A stretch of DNA of 64,000 nt from a virus. Each line of letters starts with the position of its first letter. Position 1 is the stretch's first letter. Under the pieces are notes generated by a model. The model worked only from the letters and a program-made list of their open reading frames with translations, made no database searches and had not been told where the DNA came from. The translations under genes and the position numbers were made by a program. The stretch covers positions 65,405-129,404 of IMG/VR virus record IMGVR_UViG_3300005264_000830, one strand, 5' to 3'. Below, piece after piece: positions 41,721-51,080 of this stretch.

Positions 41721-41843
41721 AAATAACGCCAAAAGTAACTGGCAGCAGGGCTATAGTTACTTTGAAATAAAATAAATAATTTAATTAAAACATAACAATT
41801 AAAAACTGAGACCCCTGCTGTCCAGTTCACTTGATTGTTATAT
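41721..41843 (-). repeat. attC-like site 4 (long type, 123 bp)
   Basis: ATATAAC AATCA AGTGAACT GGACAGCAGGG...CCCTGCTGCC AGTTACT TTTGGC GTTATTT: canonical spacing with two unpaired bases. Confidence 0.85.
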
Positions 41844-42154
41844 CAAAAATTTTTAAAGAGGTTAATAAGGATATTTATGGTTTCAATTATTTTACTTTGG
41901 GCACCTATAATAATGGCAATTAGTGCAATTATAGTACTATATATGGCGTACCATAATTGTCGGCGAGTCAATTTTTTGGCAGATTTAGCTATACGTAGAG
42001 TTGAAATTTCACGCGCATCTCGTTTGGAATCACGTTCTTCTTGCTTAATTGACTCTTTGTTTAAGAGCCAACTTAAACAGAAGTTATGAGAAGCACTGTC
42101 AAATTTATAACCAAGTTCTAAATGTAGAATTTTACTACGTGCTTTTTCATTTTG
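41843..42154 (-). pseudogene. Cassette gene remnant encoding a membrane-anchored protein; no start codon at the 5' end of the frame
   Basis: Open frame QNEKARSKILHLELG...WYAIYSTIIALIAIIIG...FKNF; its TGA overlaps R'' of attC4; an in-frame TAA lies directly upstream. Confidence 0.55.
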
Positions 42155-42219
42155 TTAGGTCAGTATGTTACTTATGTATTGTATATAATGGGAAGTGATA
42201 TTAGATTGAGTAGTGATAA

Positions 42220-42264
42220 AAATAACACTATAGTTTACTTATTTAGTACAATTTGTGGTTATTT
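42220..42264 (-). repeat. attC-like site 5 (minimal, 45 bp)
   Basis: AAATAAC CACAA ATTGTACT AAATA AGTAAAC TATAGT GTTATTT. Confidence 0.7.
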
Positions 42265-42300
42265 ATGTAACCTATAAATATAAAGAAAGGAAAATAATCA

Positions 42301-42864
42301 ATGAAAATAAAAATTTTAAGAGAATCAGGTTACGAAGAGGCTCTATTTGGTATCGGATTGAGTTTTGGGGTAACTGATTTTTCAAGACTTGAAAAAGTAG
42401 CTACTGTATTATTTAATAAAGACGGTGGTCATAATAAATTTTTGGAATCTATACAGCTTTGGATAGAAATAACTGCTCCAAGGTATTGGTGGCAAGAATT
42501 TGATACTTATAGAGTAGGAATAACAAAACAAAGTGAATCCACAATTCATACTATAATGAAATCAAAACTAAATCAATCTCATTTCGAAAGTCCTCTAAAT
42601 GAAGATATATTAGAGTTTCTCAATATATGTATACAAGATTATAAAAATTCAAAATCTACAGAACAAAAAAAACAAAACTTTAAAATTCTAAAGAATCACT
42701 TGCCAGAAGGGTTTCTTCAAAAAAGAATTGTTAATACAAATTATAAAGTTTTAAGAAATATACTACAGCAAAGAAAGAATCATAAATTAGATGAATGGCG
42801 AGTTTTTAATAGTGAAATATACAATCAAGTATATCATGTAGAATTTTTAATGAAAGGCAAATAA
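42301..42864 (+). CDS. ThyX/Thy1-fold protein (phage-type flavin-dependent thymidylate synthase-like)
   Basis: GHNKFLESI...I.APRYWWQEFDTYR.G...S.STIH, LPEGFLQ.R...NY and QRKNHKL.EW motifs; lacks the textbook RHR signature. Confidence 0.6.
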   Translation: MKIKILRESGYEEALFGIGLSFGVTDFSRLEKVATVLFNKDGGHNKFLESIQLWIEITAPRYWWQEFDTYRVGITKQSESTIHTIMKSKLNQSHFESPLNEDILEFLNICIQDYKNSKSTEQKKQNFKILKNHLPEGFLQKRIVNTNYKVLRNILQQRKNHKLDEWRVFNSEIYNQVYHVEFLMKGK

Positions 42865-42866
42865 AT

Positions 42867-45059
42867 ATGAAGATAAAAGGTATTAGATACACAGGACCGA
42901 TTTTTGATAATTCTGGATATGCACGTGCATGTCGAGGTAATATCATGGCACTATATCATGCAGGAGTACCATTAAATTTAAACCCAATTTCATTTGAAAA
43001 AGCCTCTCCAGATTTTGGAGAAGATGGAAGAATACTTAAAAGCTTAGTTGATAATGGTGTAGAGTATAATGTTAATATAATACATTCAACTCCGGAATTT
43101 TGGGCCAAATATAAAATAAATGGAATGATTAATATAGGTTATACCATTTGGGAAACTACAAAGTTACATTCAGATTGGCCCAAATATATTAATAATAATG
43201 TAGATAAAGTTTTAGTAGGATGTTCTTGGAATGAAGACGTGTTTAAAGAAAGTGGGGTCACTATTCCTATTGGTGTGGTGCCTCATGGTATTAATATGAA
43301 GGAGTTTGATAATGTATCTCCATTCCAAATCAGTGGAGTAAAAGAAGATGATTTTATGTTCTATAGTATTTTTCAATGGTGTTACGATGAAGAGACTAGG
43401 GTCCTTACTTCAGACGGATATAAATACTTTAAGGACTTGAAGTATGAAGATGAGATAGCCACATTGAATCCTAAAACTGAAGAATTAGAATACCATAAAC
43501 CAGACAAAATTGTTAAATTCCGAAGAAAAGATAAAATGTATACACTAAAAGGGGATTTTTTTGATGTATGTGTGACTCCGGATCATAAAATGGTAGTTAA
43601 AGAAAAAGACAAGATGGCTGAAGACTGGAAACTTATTCCCTTTAACGAATTAACTTCTAGAAGTAAGAAAGGTAGGCTTATAGTTTCTGAAAAGTATAGA
43701 GCAAAGAAAAATTGTAAATGGAGCGGCGAAGAGCAGGAAATTTTTGAAATTCCTCAAATAGAGGGTTCTAATTATCCGTTACGTAAGGACACAGCTATAG
43801 AAATAAATATGGACATCTTTTTGGAATTTTTAGGATGGTATTTATCAGAAGGTAGTACACATAAAGCAAAACGAGGCTATGTTACTACTATTTCACAAGT
43901 TAAGAGCGATTATAGAAAAGAAATAGTAAAATGTATCGAAGGGATGAAGTTTAATGTAATTGAGAAAAACGATTCTGCTATTATATTTAATTCTAGAGAA
44001 ATGTATTATTACTTAAAGCAGTTTGGAACTGCTCAATATAAATTTATTCCTGCATTTGTAAAACAATTGAGTTCAAGACAAATTAAAATAATTTTGAACT
44101 CTTTATTTAAAGGGGATGGCTCATTATATGAAAATGGGGAATGGGTAAAGTACACTACTACTTCTAAACAATTGGCTGAAGATATTCAAGAATGTTTATT
44201 AAAAGTAGGAATGTCGGGAGCTGTATCTACAGAAGATCCTACTTTAAAAACTACAGGAAAGATAGATGGAAGAGAAATAAGAGGCAAATTATTACAGTAT
44301 ATTGTATCAGTTAATAGGAAACGAAATGAACCCAGTATGCATTACTCTGATCTACAAGAGATTGATTACGATGGGTATGTCCACTGTGCCACAGTAAAAA
44401 ATCATATAATGTTGGTTGAGAGAAATGGAAAAGTTCTTTTTTCTGGAAATACTGAGCGGAAACATCCGATGGCATTATTGAAAGCTTATTTCAGTGCTTT
44501 TTCTGGCAAAGAAGACGTAGTTTTAGTACTTAAAACTTATAGAAGTGATTATAGCGACAGAGAAAAGGAAGCCATCCGAGAAACAATAAAACGTCTTAAA
44601 ATAATTATGCCTATGGATCATTATCCAAAGATAGTTTTTCTTCCAGACATGTTGACCGAAGAAGAAATAACAGGCCTTCACGCTAGAGGAGATTGCTATG
44701 TCTCTTTTGATAGAGGAGAAGGATTTGGTTTAAGCCCATTTCAAAGCGGGGCTTGTGGTAATCCAATAATTGTTACAGGTTTTGGCGGATCTACTGAATA
44801 TGCTAAAGAAGATAATAGTTATTTGATAGACTACCAACTTACTCCGGTCTTTGGTATGCCGTGGAGCCCATGGTATAAAGGAGATCAGAACTGGGCCGAG
44901 CCTAATGTTATTGATGGTGCTGATAAGATGATGCAAGTTTATAAAAATAAAGAAGAAGCGAAACAAAAAGGATTGAAACTTCAAAAGTATATTTCAGAAA
45001 ACTTCTCATGGGAAGTTATCGCAAATAAAATAATAAAAGAAATTGAGGAGATTAAATGA
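42867..45059 (+). CDS. GT-B (GT4-like) glycosyltransferase interrupted by an intein
   Basis: Exteins: SGYA.A.R, GYTIWET, VVPHG, FYSIFQW|TERK, DCYVS..RGEGFGL.P and P.I.T.FGG. Confidence 0.85.
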   Translation: MKIKGIRYTGPIFDNSGYARACRGNIMALYHAGVPLNLNPISFEKASPDFGEDGRILKSLVDNGVEYNVNIIHSTPEFWAKYKINGMINIGYTIWETTKLHSDWPKYINNNVDKVLVGCSWNEDVFKESGVTIPIGVVPHGINMKEFDNVSPFQISGVKEDDFMFYSIFQWCYDEETRVLTSDGYKYFKDLKYEDEIATLNPKTEELEYHKPDKIVKFRRKDKMYTLKGDFFDVCVTPDHKMVVKEKDKMAEDWKLIPFNELTSRSKKGRLIVSEKYRAKKNCKWSGEEQEIFEIPQIEGSNYPLRKDTAIEINMDIFLEFLGWYLSEGSTHKAKRGYVTTISQVKSDYRKEIVKCIEGMKFNVIEKNDSAIIFNSREMYYYLKQFGTAQYKFIPAFVKQLSSRQIKIILNSLFKGDGSLYENGEWVKYTTTSKQLAEDIQECLLKVGMSGAVSTEDPTLKTTGKIDGREIRGKLLQYIVSVNRKRNEPSMHYSDLQEIDYDGYVHCATVKNHIMLVERNGKVLFSGNTERKHPMALLKAYFSAFSGKEDVVLVLKTYRSDYSDREKEAIRETIKRLKIIMPMDHYPKIVFLPDMLTEEEITGLHARGDCYVSFDRGEGFGLSPFQSGACGNPIIVTGFGGSTEYAKEDNSYLIDYQLTPVFGMPWSPWYKGDQNWAEPNVIDGADKMMQVYKNKEEAKQKGLKLQKYISENFSWEVIANKIIKEIEEIK
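43380..44450 (+). mobile_element. Intein (357 aa) with LAGLIDADG homing endonuclease
   Basis: Starts CYDEETRVLT; block B VTPDHKM; FLGWYLSEG and LNSLFKGDG; ends SGN followed by Thr. Confidence 0.9.
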
Positions 45060-45760
45060 AAAAAACTCTTAATGTAGGAGCAGGAGAACTTACTCATAAG
45101 TTCTACCCAACAAATAATTATCAGTGTACAAATTTCGATCAGCGAGCATTAAAAAATATCGATGCAGTAGGAGATGTAAGAGACTTACATGTGTTACCTT
45201 ATGTAGATGAAAGCTATATAATGATTGATGATAGGACTACTGATGATACAAAAGCTATAGTAGAAGCTCGTGGGTGTAAAACTAAAATGTTTACATTTGA
45301 AAATTTTGCAAAAACAAAAAATTGTTTATTAAAATGGGTAAATGAAAAAACAGATTGGATTATAGGAATCGCCCCAGACGAGACTATTGACCCAGGGTTT
45401 GGTAAAATGTTACAAAAATTAATTTTAAAATTACATAATTCAGATGTTGATAGTGTAAAATTTCCTAGACGGCATTGGCATGACCTAGAAAAACTTAAAG
45501 AATATACTAAACAAAATTGGTATCCTGATTGGCAATCCAGATTACTACGTGCTGATTACCCTAGGATACATTTAGTACGTTATGTACACGAAGTAGTACA
45601 GGGTGTACGTAACTCATTACAGATAAAAGAATTCGATATACATCATTTTAATCTATATTGGAAACCTAGAGTTGATTATGATTGGGAGGCTATGAATACT
45701 TTTTATACTGAATTACAAATTAAACAACGAAAAGAAAATGGTAAGAACATTTGGCCATAA
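45056..45760 (+). CDS. Chimeric ORF: N-terminal 44 aa of a SAM-dependent methyltransferase joined to an N-truncated GT2 glycosyltransferase
   Basis: LNVGAG...NFD...DAVGDVRDL, then HVLPYVDE.YIMIDDRTTD.T, NFAKTKN, DWI....PDE, YPDWQ.RL and VHE. Confidence 0.65.
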   Translation: MKKTLNVGAGELTHKFYPTNNYQCTNFDQRALKNIDAVGDVRDLHVLPYVDESYIMIDDRTTDDTKAIVEARGCKTKMFTFENFAKTKNCLLKWVNEKTDWIIGIAPDETIDPGFGKMLQKLILKLHNSDVDSVKFPRRHWHDLEKLKEYTKQNWYPDWQSRLLRADYPRIHLVRYVHEVVQGVRNSLQIKEFDIHHFNLYWKPRVDYDWEAMNTFYTELQIKQRKENGKNIWP

Positions 45761-45771
45761 AGGAGAAACTC

Positions 45772-46782
45772 ATGCAAGTTGTAGTGATTGGAGCGGGCTA
45801 TTGGGGTAAGAATTTAATTAGAACATTTAATAATTTAGGCGTATTAACTGCTGTATTTGATCTTAATGAAGAGTTGTTAGAGAAGTATAGAAATGACCCT
45901 ATGTATAGTGGAGTAGAGTTTGGAACAGATTATACTGAATGTTTAGAACGATGGAATATACAGGGATTTATTGTTGCTACGCCCCCTGATACGCATTATT
46001 CGATAGCTAAAACTATATTAAATGCAGATCGACATGTATTTATTGAGAAGCCTATGACTTTGGATGAAGAAACTTCTAAAGAATTAGTAACTTTAGCTAA
46101 AAATAAAAATAAAATACTTATGGTTGGGCACATTTTTCTTTATAGCCCAGAAATTATAAAATTGAAAGAAATTATATCTTCAAAAGATTTTGGTGAGATA
46201 CAATACGCATACACACAGAGATTAAATTTAGGAAAAATTCAAGACTGTGGAGTAATTATGGATCTTGCTCCTCATGATGTCTCTATTTTAGATTATCTGT
46301 TCGAAGACATCTGTGAAGGTGTAAAAACTACTGCTGGTAGTAATATTGTTAATGGGATAGAAGATATTGCGTTTATTACTTTGCGGTATAGAAAAGGTAT
46401 ATTGGCACATTTACACCTTAGTTGGTTAGACCCATTAAAAGTACGTAATACTATAGTTGTAGGAACGAAACAGATGGTAGTGTGTGATTCAGGCACAAAA
46501 AAGATAGATATTTATAATACTTCTGTAGATATAGAAAAAAGAGCACATAAATCTAATTCATCTTATGCTGCTCATTTACTTAGTTATATTCATGGGGATG
46601 TAGTGTCACCTTTTATTAGTAATGGAGAACCTATGAAAACTGAAGCAGAGGAATTTCTTAAATGTATAAAAGAAGATAGGCAACCTCTTGCTGATGGGGA
46701 ATTAGGACTAAGTGTAGTTAAAACTGTATCTGCAATGAGACAATCTATGTTATCTAATGGTGAGTGGGTGGAAATTAAATGA
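45772..46782 (+). CDS. Gfo/Idh/MocA-family NAD-dependent sugar oxidoreductase (WbpB/GnnA-like)
   Basis: IGAGYWGKNL.R, VATP..TH, HVFIEKPM, MVGH and DLAPHD motifs; SD AAGGAG before ATG 45772. Confidence 0.88.
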   Translation: MQVVVIGAGYWGKNLIRTFNNLGVLTAVFDLNEELLEKYRNDPMYSGVEFGTDYTECLERWNIQGFIVATPPDTHYSIAKTILNADRHVFIEKPMTLDEETSKELVTLAKNKNKILMVGHIFLYSPEIIKLKEIISSKDFGEIQYAYTQRLNLGKIQDCGVIMDLAPHDVSILDYLFEDICEGVKTTAGSNIVNGIEDIAFITLRYRKGILAHLHLSWLDPLKVRNTIVVGTKQMVVCDSGTKKIDIYNTSVDIEKRAHKSNSSYAAHLLSYIHGDVVSPFISNGEPMKTEAEEFLKCIKEDRQPLADGELGLSVVKTVSAMRQSMLSNGEWVEIK

Positions 46783-47684
46783 AGGTAGGTATAATAATTA
46801 TATCATTTAATCATTATTTATTTACTAAATTTTGTTTAGATTCAATAATAAACAATACTCCTAGAGATTTGTATAGTATATGCTTGGTGGATAACGGTAG
46901 TACTGACTCCACAAAAGAGTGGGCAACAACACTTAAAAAAGATGGTAGGTTAGATCACTTTATAAGCAATGACACTAATTTAGGGGCATGTAAAGCGTCT
47001 AATCAAGGAGTATCTTGGGCCTTAGATCAATCAGAATTAACACATATATTAGTAATGGCGAATGATCATATAGTAACTAAAGGGTGGTTGCCTAACATGT
47101 TAAAGTCTCCATTTGACTGCGTTAACCCGTTTGTTTTCCATAGTATTAAACAAATAAGAGCCCTACACCCACCGATTGGAAGTGTTATAGATGGGTATAA
47201 AAAACTTAGACTACAATATCTTCAAGAAGATAATGAGGGCTTGATGAACCATGTGTTAACTACTACTTATAATGGGAAACTGGAAAAATTTGCTAAAACA
47301 TTCACTAATTCTTTTGTATTGGATCCTTTTGTCAGTTCTACTTTTATTTTATGGCCAGGGCTCATCATGTATAAAAGGAAAGTTATTGAGACAGTAGGAT
47401 TGAAAGACGAAGAATATTTAAAATTTGATTTGGCTTCCTATGCAGATATAGATTATTATGTACGTGTATATAAGGCTGGGTTTACTTCTGGGCTCACAAA
47501 GGGTGCTTATGTTCATCATTGGGGGTCTATAACTACTAGAAAATTAGGGTTAAAGCAAGAGCATTCGAATGGATATATAAATAATGAACGGGGGGCTTAT
47601 AATTATTTTATAAAAAAATGGAAGTGTGATCCACATAATTTAGTACCCTTAGTTAAACAAAAAAATCAAAGGAAAAATAAATGA
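46779..47684 (+). CDS. GT2-family glycosyltransferase
   Basis: IIIISFN, CLDSI, LVDNGSTDST, NLG...A.NQG, ND, D.DY..R..KAG and VHHWGS motifs. Confidence 0.85.
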   Translation: MKVGIIIISFNHYLFTKFCLDSIINNTPRDLYSICLVDNGSTDSTKEWATTLKKDGRLDHFISNDTNLGACKASNQGVSWALDQSELTHILVMANDHIVTKGWLPNMLKSPFDCVNPFVFHSIKQIRALHPPIGSVIDGYKKLRLQYLQEDNEGLMNHVLTTTYNGKLEKFAKTFTNSFVLDPFVSSTFILWPGLIMYKRKVIETVGLKDEEYLKFDLASYADIDYYVRVYKAGFTSGLTKGAYVHHWGSITTRKLGLKQEHSNGYINNERGAYNYFIKKWKCDPHNLVPLVKQKNQRKNK

Positions 47685-48328
47685 TTATTGAAATTAAATT
47701 AGGCCAAGTTAATGCAGGAAAAAATGTTGTAGTATTACCAGGTACTGTAATTTGTAGACCTCCTATGGCTCCTGCAGGCGTTACTCAGATAGATTACAGT
47801 AAACTTATTCCAAAACCTGTTATTATTGGAGATAATACTATAATTGGAGCCAATACTGTTATATATAGTAATGTTACCATAGGAAAGAATTGTTTGATAG
47901 GGGATGGGGTACATATACGAGAAGATGTAGTTCTTGGTGATAATTGTATTATTGGAATAGGGTGTAAGATTGGAGCTCGTACTGAAATTGGAAATTTTAC
48001 TAGGGTTATGGATATAACAAATGTAGCAAGTGATGCTTTTTTAGGAGAGCATGTGTTTATAGGCCCAGGAGTTATGATGGGTAATGATAATGCAATGGGG
48101 CGTGACAAAACAAAAGGTGGTTTAGATTTTACTGGTCCTTATATTGAGGATTGGGTTACTGTAGGGATGAATGCTAATTTATTACCTAGTGTTAAGATAG
48201 GGTTAGATTCCATAGTTGCTGCTGGGGCTACAGTTACAAGAGAAATACCTTCTGGGGTACTTGTTATGGGGTCCCCTGCAAAAATAAAAAGACATTTGAA
48301 AGAAGGGGAAAAACGATGTATAATATAA
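47681..48328 (+). CDS. Hexapeptide-repeat N-acyltransferase
   Basis: IGxNxxIG repeats, FIGPGV and AAGATVTR...G.PAK. Confidence 0.85.
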   Translation: MIIEIKLGQVNAGKNVVVLPGTVICRPPMAPAGVTQIDYSKLIPKPVIIGDNTIIGANTVIYSNVTIGKNCLIGDGVHIREDVVLGDNCIIGIGCKIGARTEIGNFTRVMDITNVASDAFLGEHVFIGPGVMMGNDNAMGRDKTKGGLDFTGPYIEDWVTVGMNANLLPSVKIGLDSIVAAGATVTREIPSGVLVMGSPAKIKRHLKEGEKRCII

Positions 48329-48807
48329 TTGATATAGATGTAGAAATAGAAGATGGCGTACTTATAGGTTATTTCTGTGTTATAGCTAGAGGAGTTACTG
48401 TAGGTAAAGGCTCTACGGTTGGAAGTTATTGTGAGTTAGAGGAATTCACGGTTATAGGAAATAATTGCACTTTGCAAGGTCGTATACGTACTGGCCCTGG
48501 TGTTACTATAAAGGATGATGTAGTTATTAAATATGGAACTATATTAACTGATACTGCTTTGATAAAAAAGGATGCTTTTATTGGTCCTAATGTTATAACT
48601 TTGGGCGGAGGACATAATAGACAACGTGTAAATGGTACTATTATAGGGGAAAGTTGTTATATAGGAGCAGGTACTAAAATTGCTGGTGGGATAAAGATAT
48701 GCGATAATACTGTTGTCGGGGCAAATTCTTTTGTGAATAAAGATATAACATCTCCTGGTATTTATGCAGGAACACCGGCCAGATTTATAAAGGAAATTAG
48801 TATATGA
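48316..48807 (+). CDS. Second hexapeptide-repeat N-acyltransferase (WbpD-like)
   Basis: Left-handed beta-helix repeats, FIGPNV and VGANSFV.KDI...G.YAG.PAR. Confidence 0.85.
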   Translation: MYNIIDIDVEIEDGVLIGYFCVIARGVTVGKGSTVGSYCELEEFTVIGNNCTLQGRIRTGPGVTIKDDVVIKYGTILTDTALIKKDAFIGPNVITLGGGHNRQRVNGTIIGESCYIGAGTKIAGGIKICDNTVVGANSFVNKDITSPGIYAGTPARFIKEISI

Positions 48808-49748
48808 AAGTAGTTGGGGTAGTTAAAGATGATTATGCTTATGCAGCTTGGAATTTATTCCAGGCCTTGCGTTTCTATGGAGTAGACGCTACTTTAATAA
48901 ATATAGCTAAGAGAAATCCTCAAATAGTAGCAAATCCCGAGTATTATGATGTTAAGTTGTGGAACCCATCTGAGAGAGCACGTGTGTTAGATTTAATAAA
49001 CACTGCCGATGTATATCACATATTTGAAAGTGGCAATACTTTTAATTTTTTACATAAATTACCTTGTAGTTTAAATAAAACTACTCCAGTAATAGTATCG
49101 CTGAATGACAGAAGATTTTATTTATCTAACGCTGATTTAGAGATAGAGAAAGTATTAAATAAGGCTTCTATAGTTACCTCTCTAACTCTAGGTATACAAC
49201 ATAAAGATGTAGTACTGGGTTTACAATGTTTAAATGAATCGGATTACTGTGATATTCCTAGCTATTCATTCAAAACAGGAACATTTTTAATAGGTAGCGC
49301 GCCAGGATATGCAGAAGCTGCAAGAGTAAAGAAAATTAAAGTTATTGCCAAACATATTAAAAATATAGATAACGTAAAGTTTGAGATTCTTATTAAGAAG
49401 AAAAGAACTTTTGTAAAAAATGCTATGTTAAATAGTTATGACGCTTTTACTCATGGTATTAGTTTTAGTGGAGGTTATGGATTTTCTATGTTAGAGGCTG
49501 CTATGTTAGGTGTTCCTTGCTTTACTTATATAAATGAGAGACAGAGTCATTTAATAGAATTAGATGGAAAATTACCGATTCTAAATTTAAAACCTGATTG
49601 TTCTAATATGTTAAAGATAATAGAGGCTTTACGGGATACTGATACTAGACAATACTATGGAGAATTGATTCGAGAATGGGCAAGAAAATTTCATAGTAGA
49701 AAAGCAAGTTATACTACCTATACTAAATTATATAGAGAATTAATTTAA
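48804..49748 (+). CDS. Putative GT-B glycosyltransferase
   Basis: ADVYH, GYG..MLEAAMLGVPC and G...REWA...H motifs. Confidence 0.6.
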   Translation: MKVVGVVKDDYAYAAWNLFQALRFYGVDATLINIAKRNPQIVANPEYYDVKLWNPSERARVLDLINTADVYHIFESGNTFNFLHKLPCSLNKTTPVIVSLNDRRFYLSNADLEIEKVLNKASIVTSLTLGIQHKDVVLGLQCLNESDYCDIPSYSFKTGTFLIGSAPGYAEAARVKKIKVIAKHIKNIDNVKFEILIKKKRTFVKNAMLNSYDAFTHGISFSGGYGFSMLEAAMLGVPCFTYINERQSHLIELDGKLPILNLKPDCSNMLKIIEALRDTDTRQYYGELIREWARKFHSRKASYTTYTKLYRELI

Positions 49749-49761
49749 GGAGACCATCTTA

Positions 49762-50673
49762 ATGACTAAATTACTTTACATAGTACATAGAGTAGAGTTA
49801 AATTGCCATCAACATATAGTGGATTTATTAAGGCTTAATGGGATCATAGTGGATTTAGAGCTAGTGGGACCGGCAATTGTAGGTTCTGGGATAAGTGTCT
49901 GGAAAAAATTAAATGATAACGAATATTTAGCATTAATATATAAAAATAATTATGATTTTGTAATTAGTTGTACACACTCTAGTTGTATAACTAAGTTAAG
50001 AACTAAGTTAAAACATTCTTTTTTTATAGATATAGAACACGACTTGTTTAGTAATAAACCTGAACATTTCAAAGAATCTACTGTCTTCACTACGCAAAAG
50101 AAGCATACTGATTACTGTAAGTATAATAGCATTCCTTTTGTGGAGTGTATGTTTCCTAAATTCTCTGCGACATATAAAAAGATAGATCTAGACATTGATA
50201 AATTTAATGAGGCAATTATAATAGGTACTATTGCATTTAATCAAAAAATAAAGGAAGATTCCCCTGTAATTAAACGGGGATTTAGTAAAATTTGGTATAA
50301 GAAATATATCAATAATTGGAAAATTTTAAAGGGTACTACAGCACTTCCTGAGGAATTTACTGGCCCACTTGGTATATTAAATTGCGCAGATAATTTTAAT
50401 TTTTTATTTACAATCGAAAGTAGTAGTTTTGTAGAGTTTATATTGCTTGGTAAGATACCAATTCTTTTGGGCAAAAAAAATAAAATATATGGAAGCATCT
50501 TTGATAAGATTGACGCTAGTCATTTACAACCACTAGTAAAAGAACTAGAGCATGATCCTAAACTTTTTATACAGGTCAACACAGATATGTTGAAACATTG
50601 GGCAGACACTAACTATTTTGAGTTACCTAGTGCTGCAGAAGCATTATTAACTTTTATAAAGGATAGCAAATGA
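49762..50673 (+). CDS. Putative GT-B-fold transferase (capsule/TagF-like)
   Basis: IDIEHD and SSSFVEF.LLGK.PI resemble capsule-biosynthesis/glycerophosphotransferase motifs; weak. Confidence 0.35.
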   Translation: MTKLLYIVHRVELNCHQHIVDLLRLNGIIVDLELVGPAIVGSGISVWKKLNDNEYLALIYKNNYDFVISCTHSSCITKLRTKLKHSFFIDIEHDLFSNKPEHFKESTVFTTQKKHTDYCKYNSIPFVECMFPKFSATYKKIDLDIDKFNEAIIIGTIAFNQKIKEDSPVIKRGFSKIWYKKYINNWKILKGTTALPEEFTGPLGILNCADNFNFLFTIESSSFVEFILLGKIPILLGKKNKIYGSIFDKIDASHLQPLVKELEHDPKLFIQVNTDMLKHWADTNYFELPSAAEALLTFIKDSK

Positions 50674-51080
50674 TAAATAAAATAGTATTTTTTCCAGGTA
50701 AATTCCACCCTCCTCATTTAGGACATGCTAAAACTATATTAACTTTAATTTCACAATATAAAAACGTTGTAGTAGGAGTTAGTGGTGATACACCATCTGA
50801 TAAAATTACTGATGTTGATAATATATACAACATATTAACAGACTTATTCTCTCCATTTAATAGTGTAGTAGTAGTTAAAATTACAGGAATTCTTGTAGAC
50901 AAGTCAGATCTTACAGGTTTACCTGTTTTTGATGTGTTAGCTTCAGGGAATCCTAAAGTGTTGGCATGGGTAGAGCACATGGGATTAGAAGGGAAGTATA
51001 CTGAGCGTGCAGAAGGGTATTTATTTAGCGGTACAGAGATAAGAAAAGAACTACTTGATAAAGAAGGTTATAATATATAA
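50670..51080 (+). CDS. HIGH-family cytidylyl/nucleotidyltransferase
   Basis: FPGKFHPPHLGH and SGTEIR motifs. Confidence 0.8.
   Translation: MINKIVFFPGKFHPPHLGHAKTILTLISQYKNVVVGVSGDTPSDKITDVDNIYNILTDLFSPFNSVVVVKITGILVDKSDLTGLPVFDVLASGNPKVLAWVEHMGLEGKYTERAEGYLFSGTEIRKELLDKEGYNI

Larger units (their letters stand above)
40514..42264 (-). mobile_element. Cluster of five integron attC-like sites with intervening cassettes; no integrase in the window (CALIN-like)
   Basis: Sites at 40514-40564, 40922-40972, 41372-41420, 41721-41843 and 42220-42264, all in the same (minus) orientation, with R''/L''/L'/R' geometry. Confidence 0.8.
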
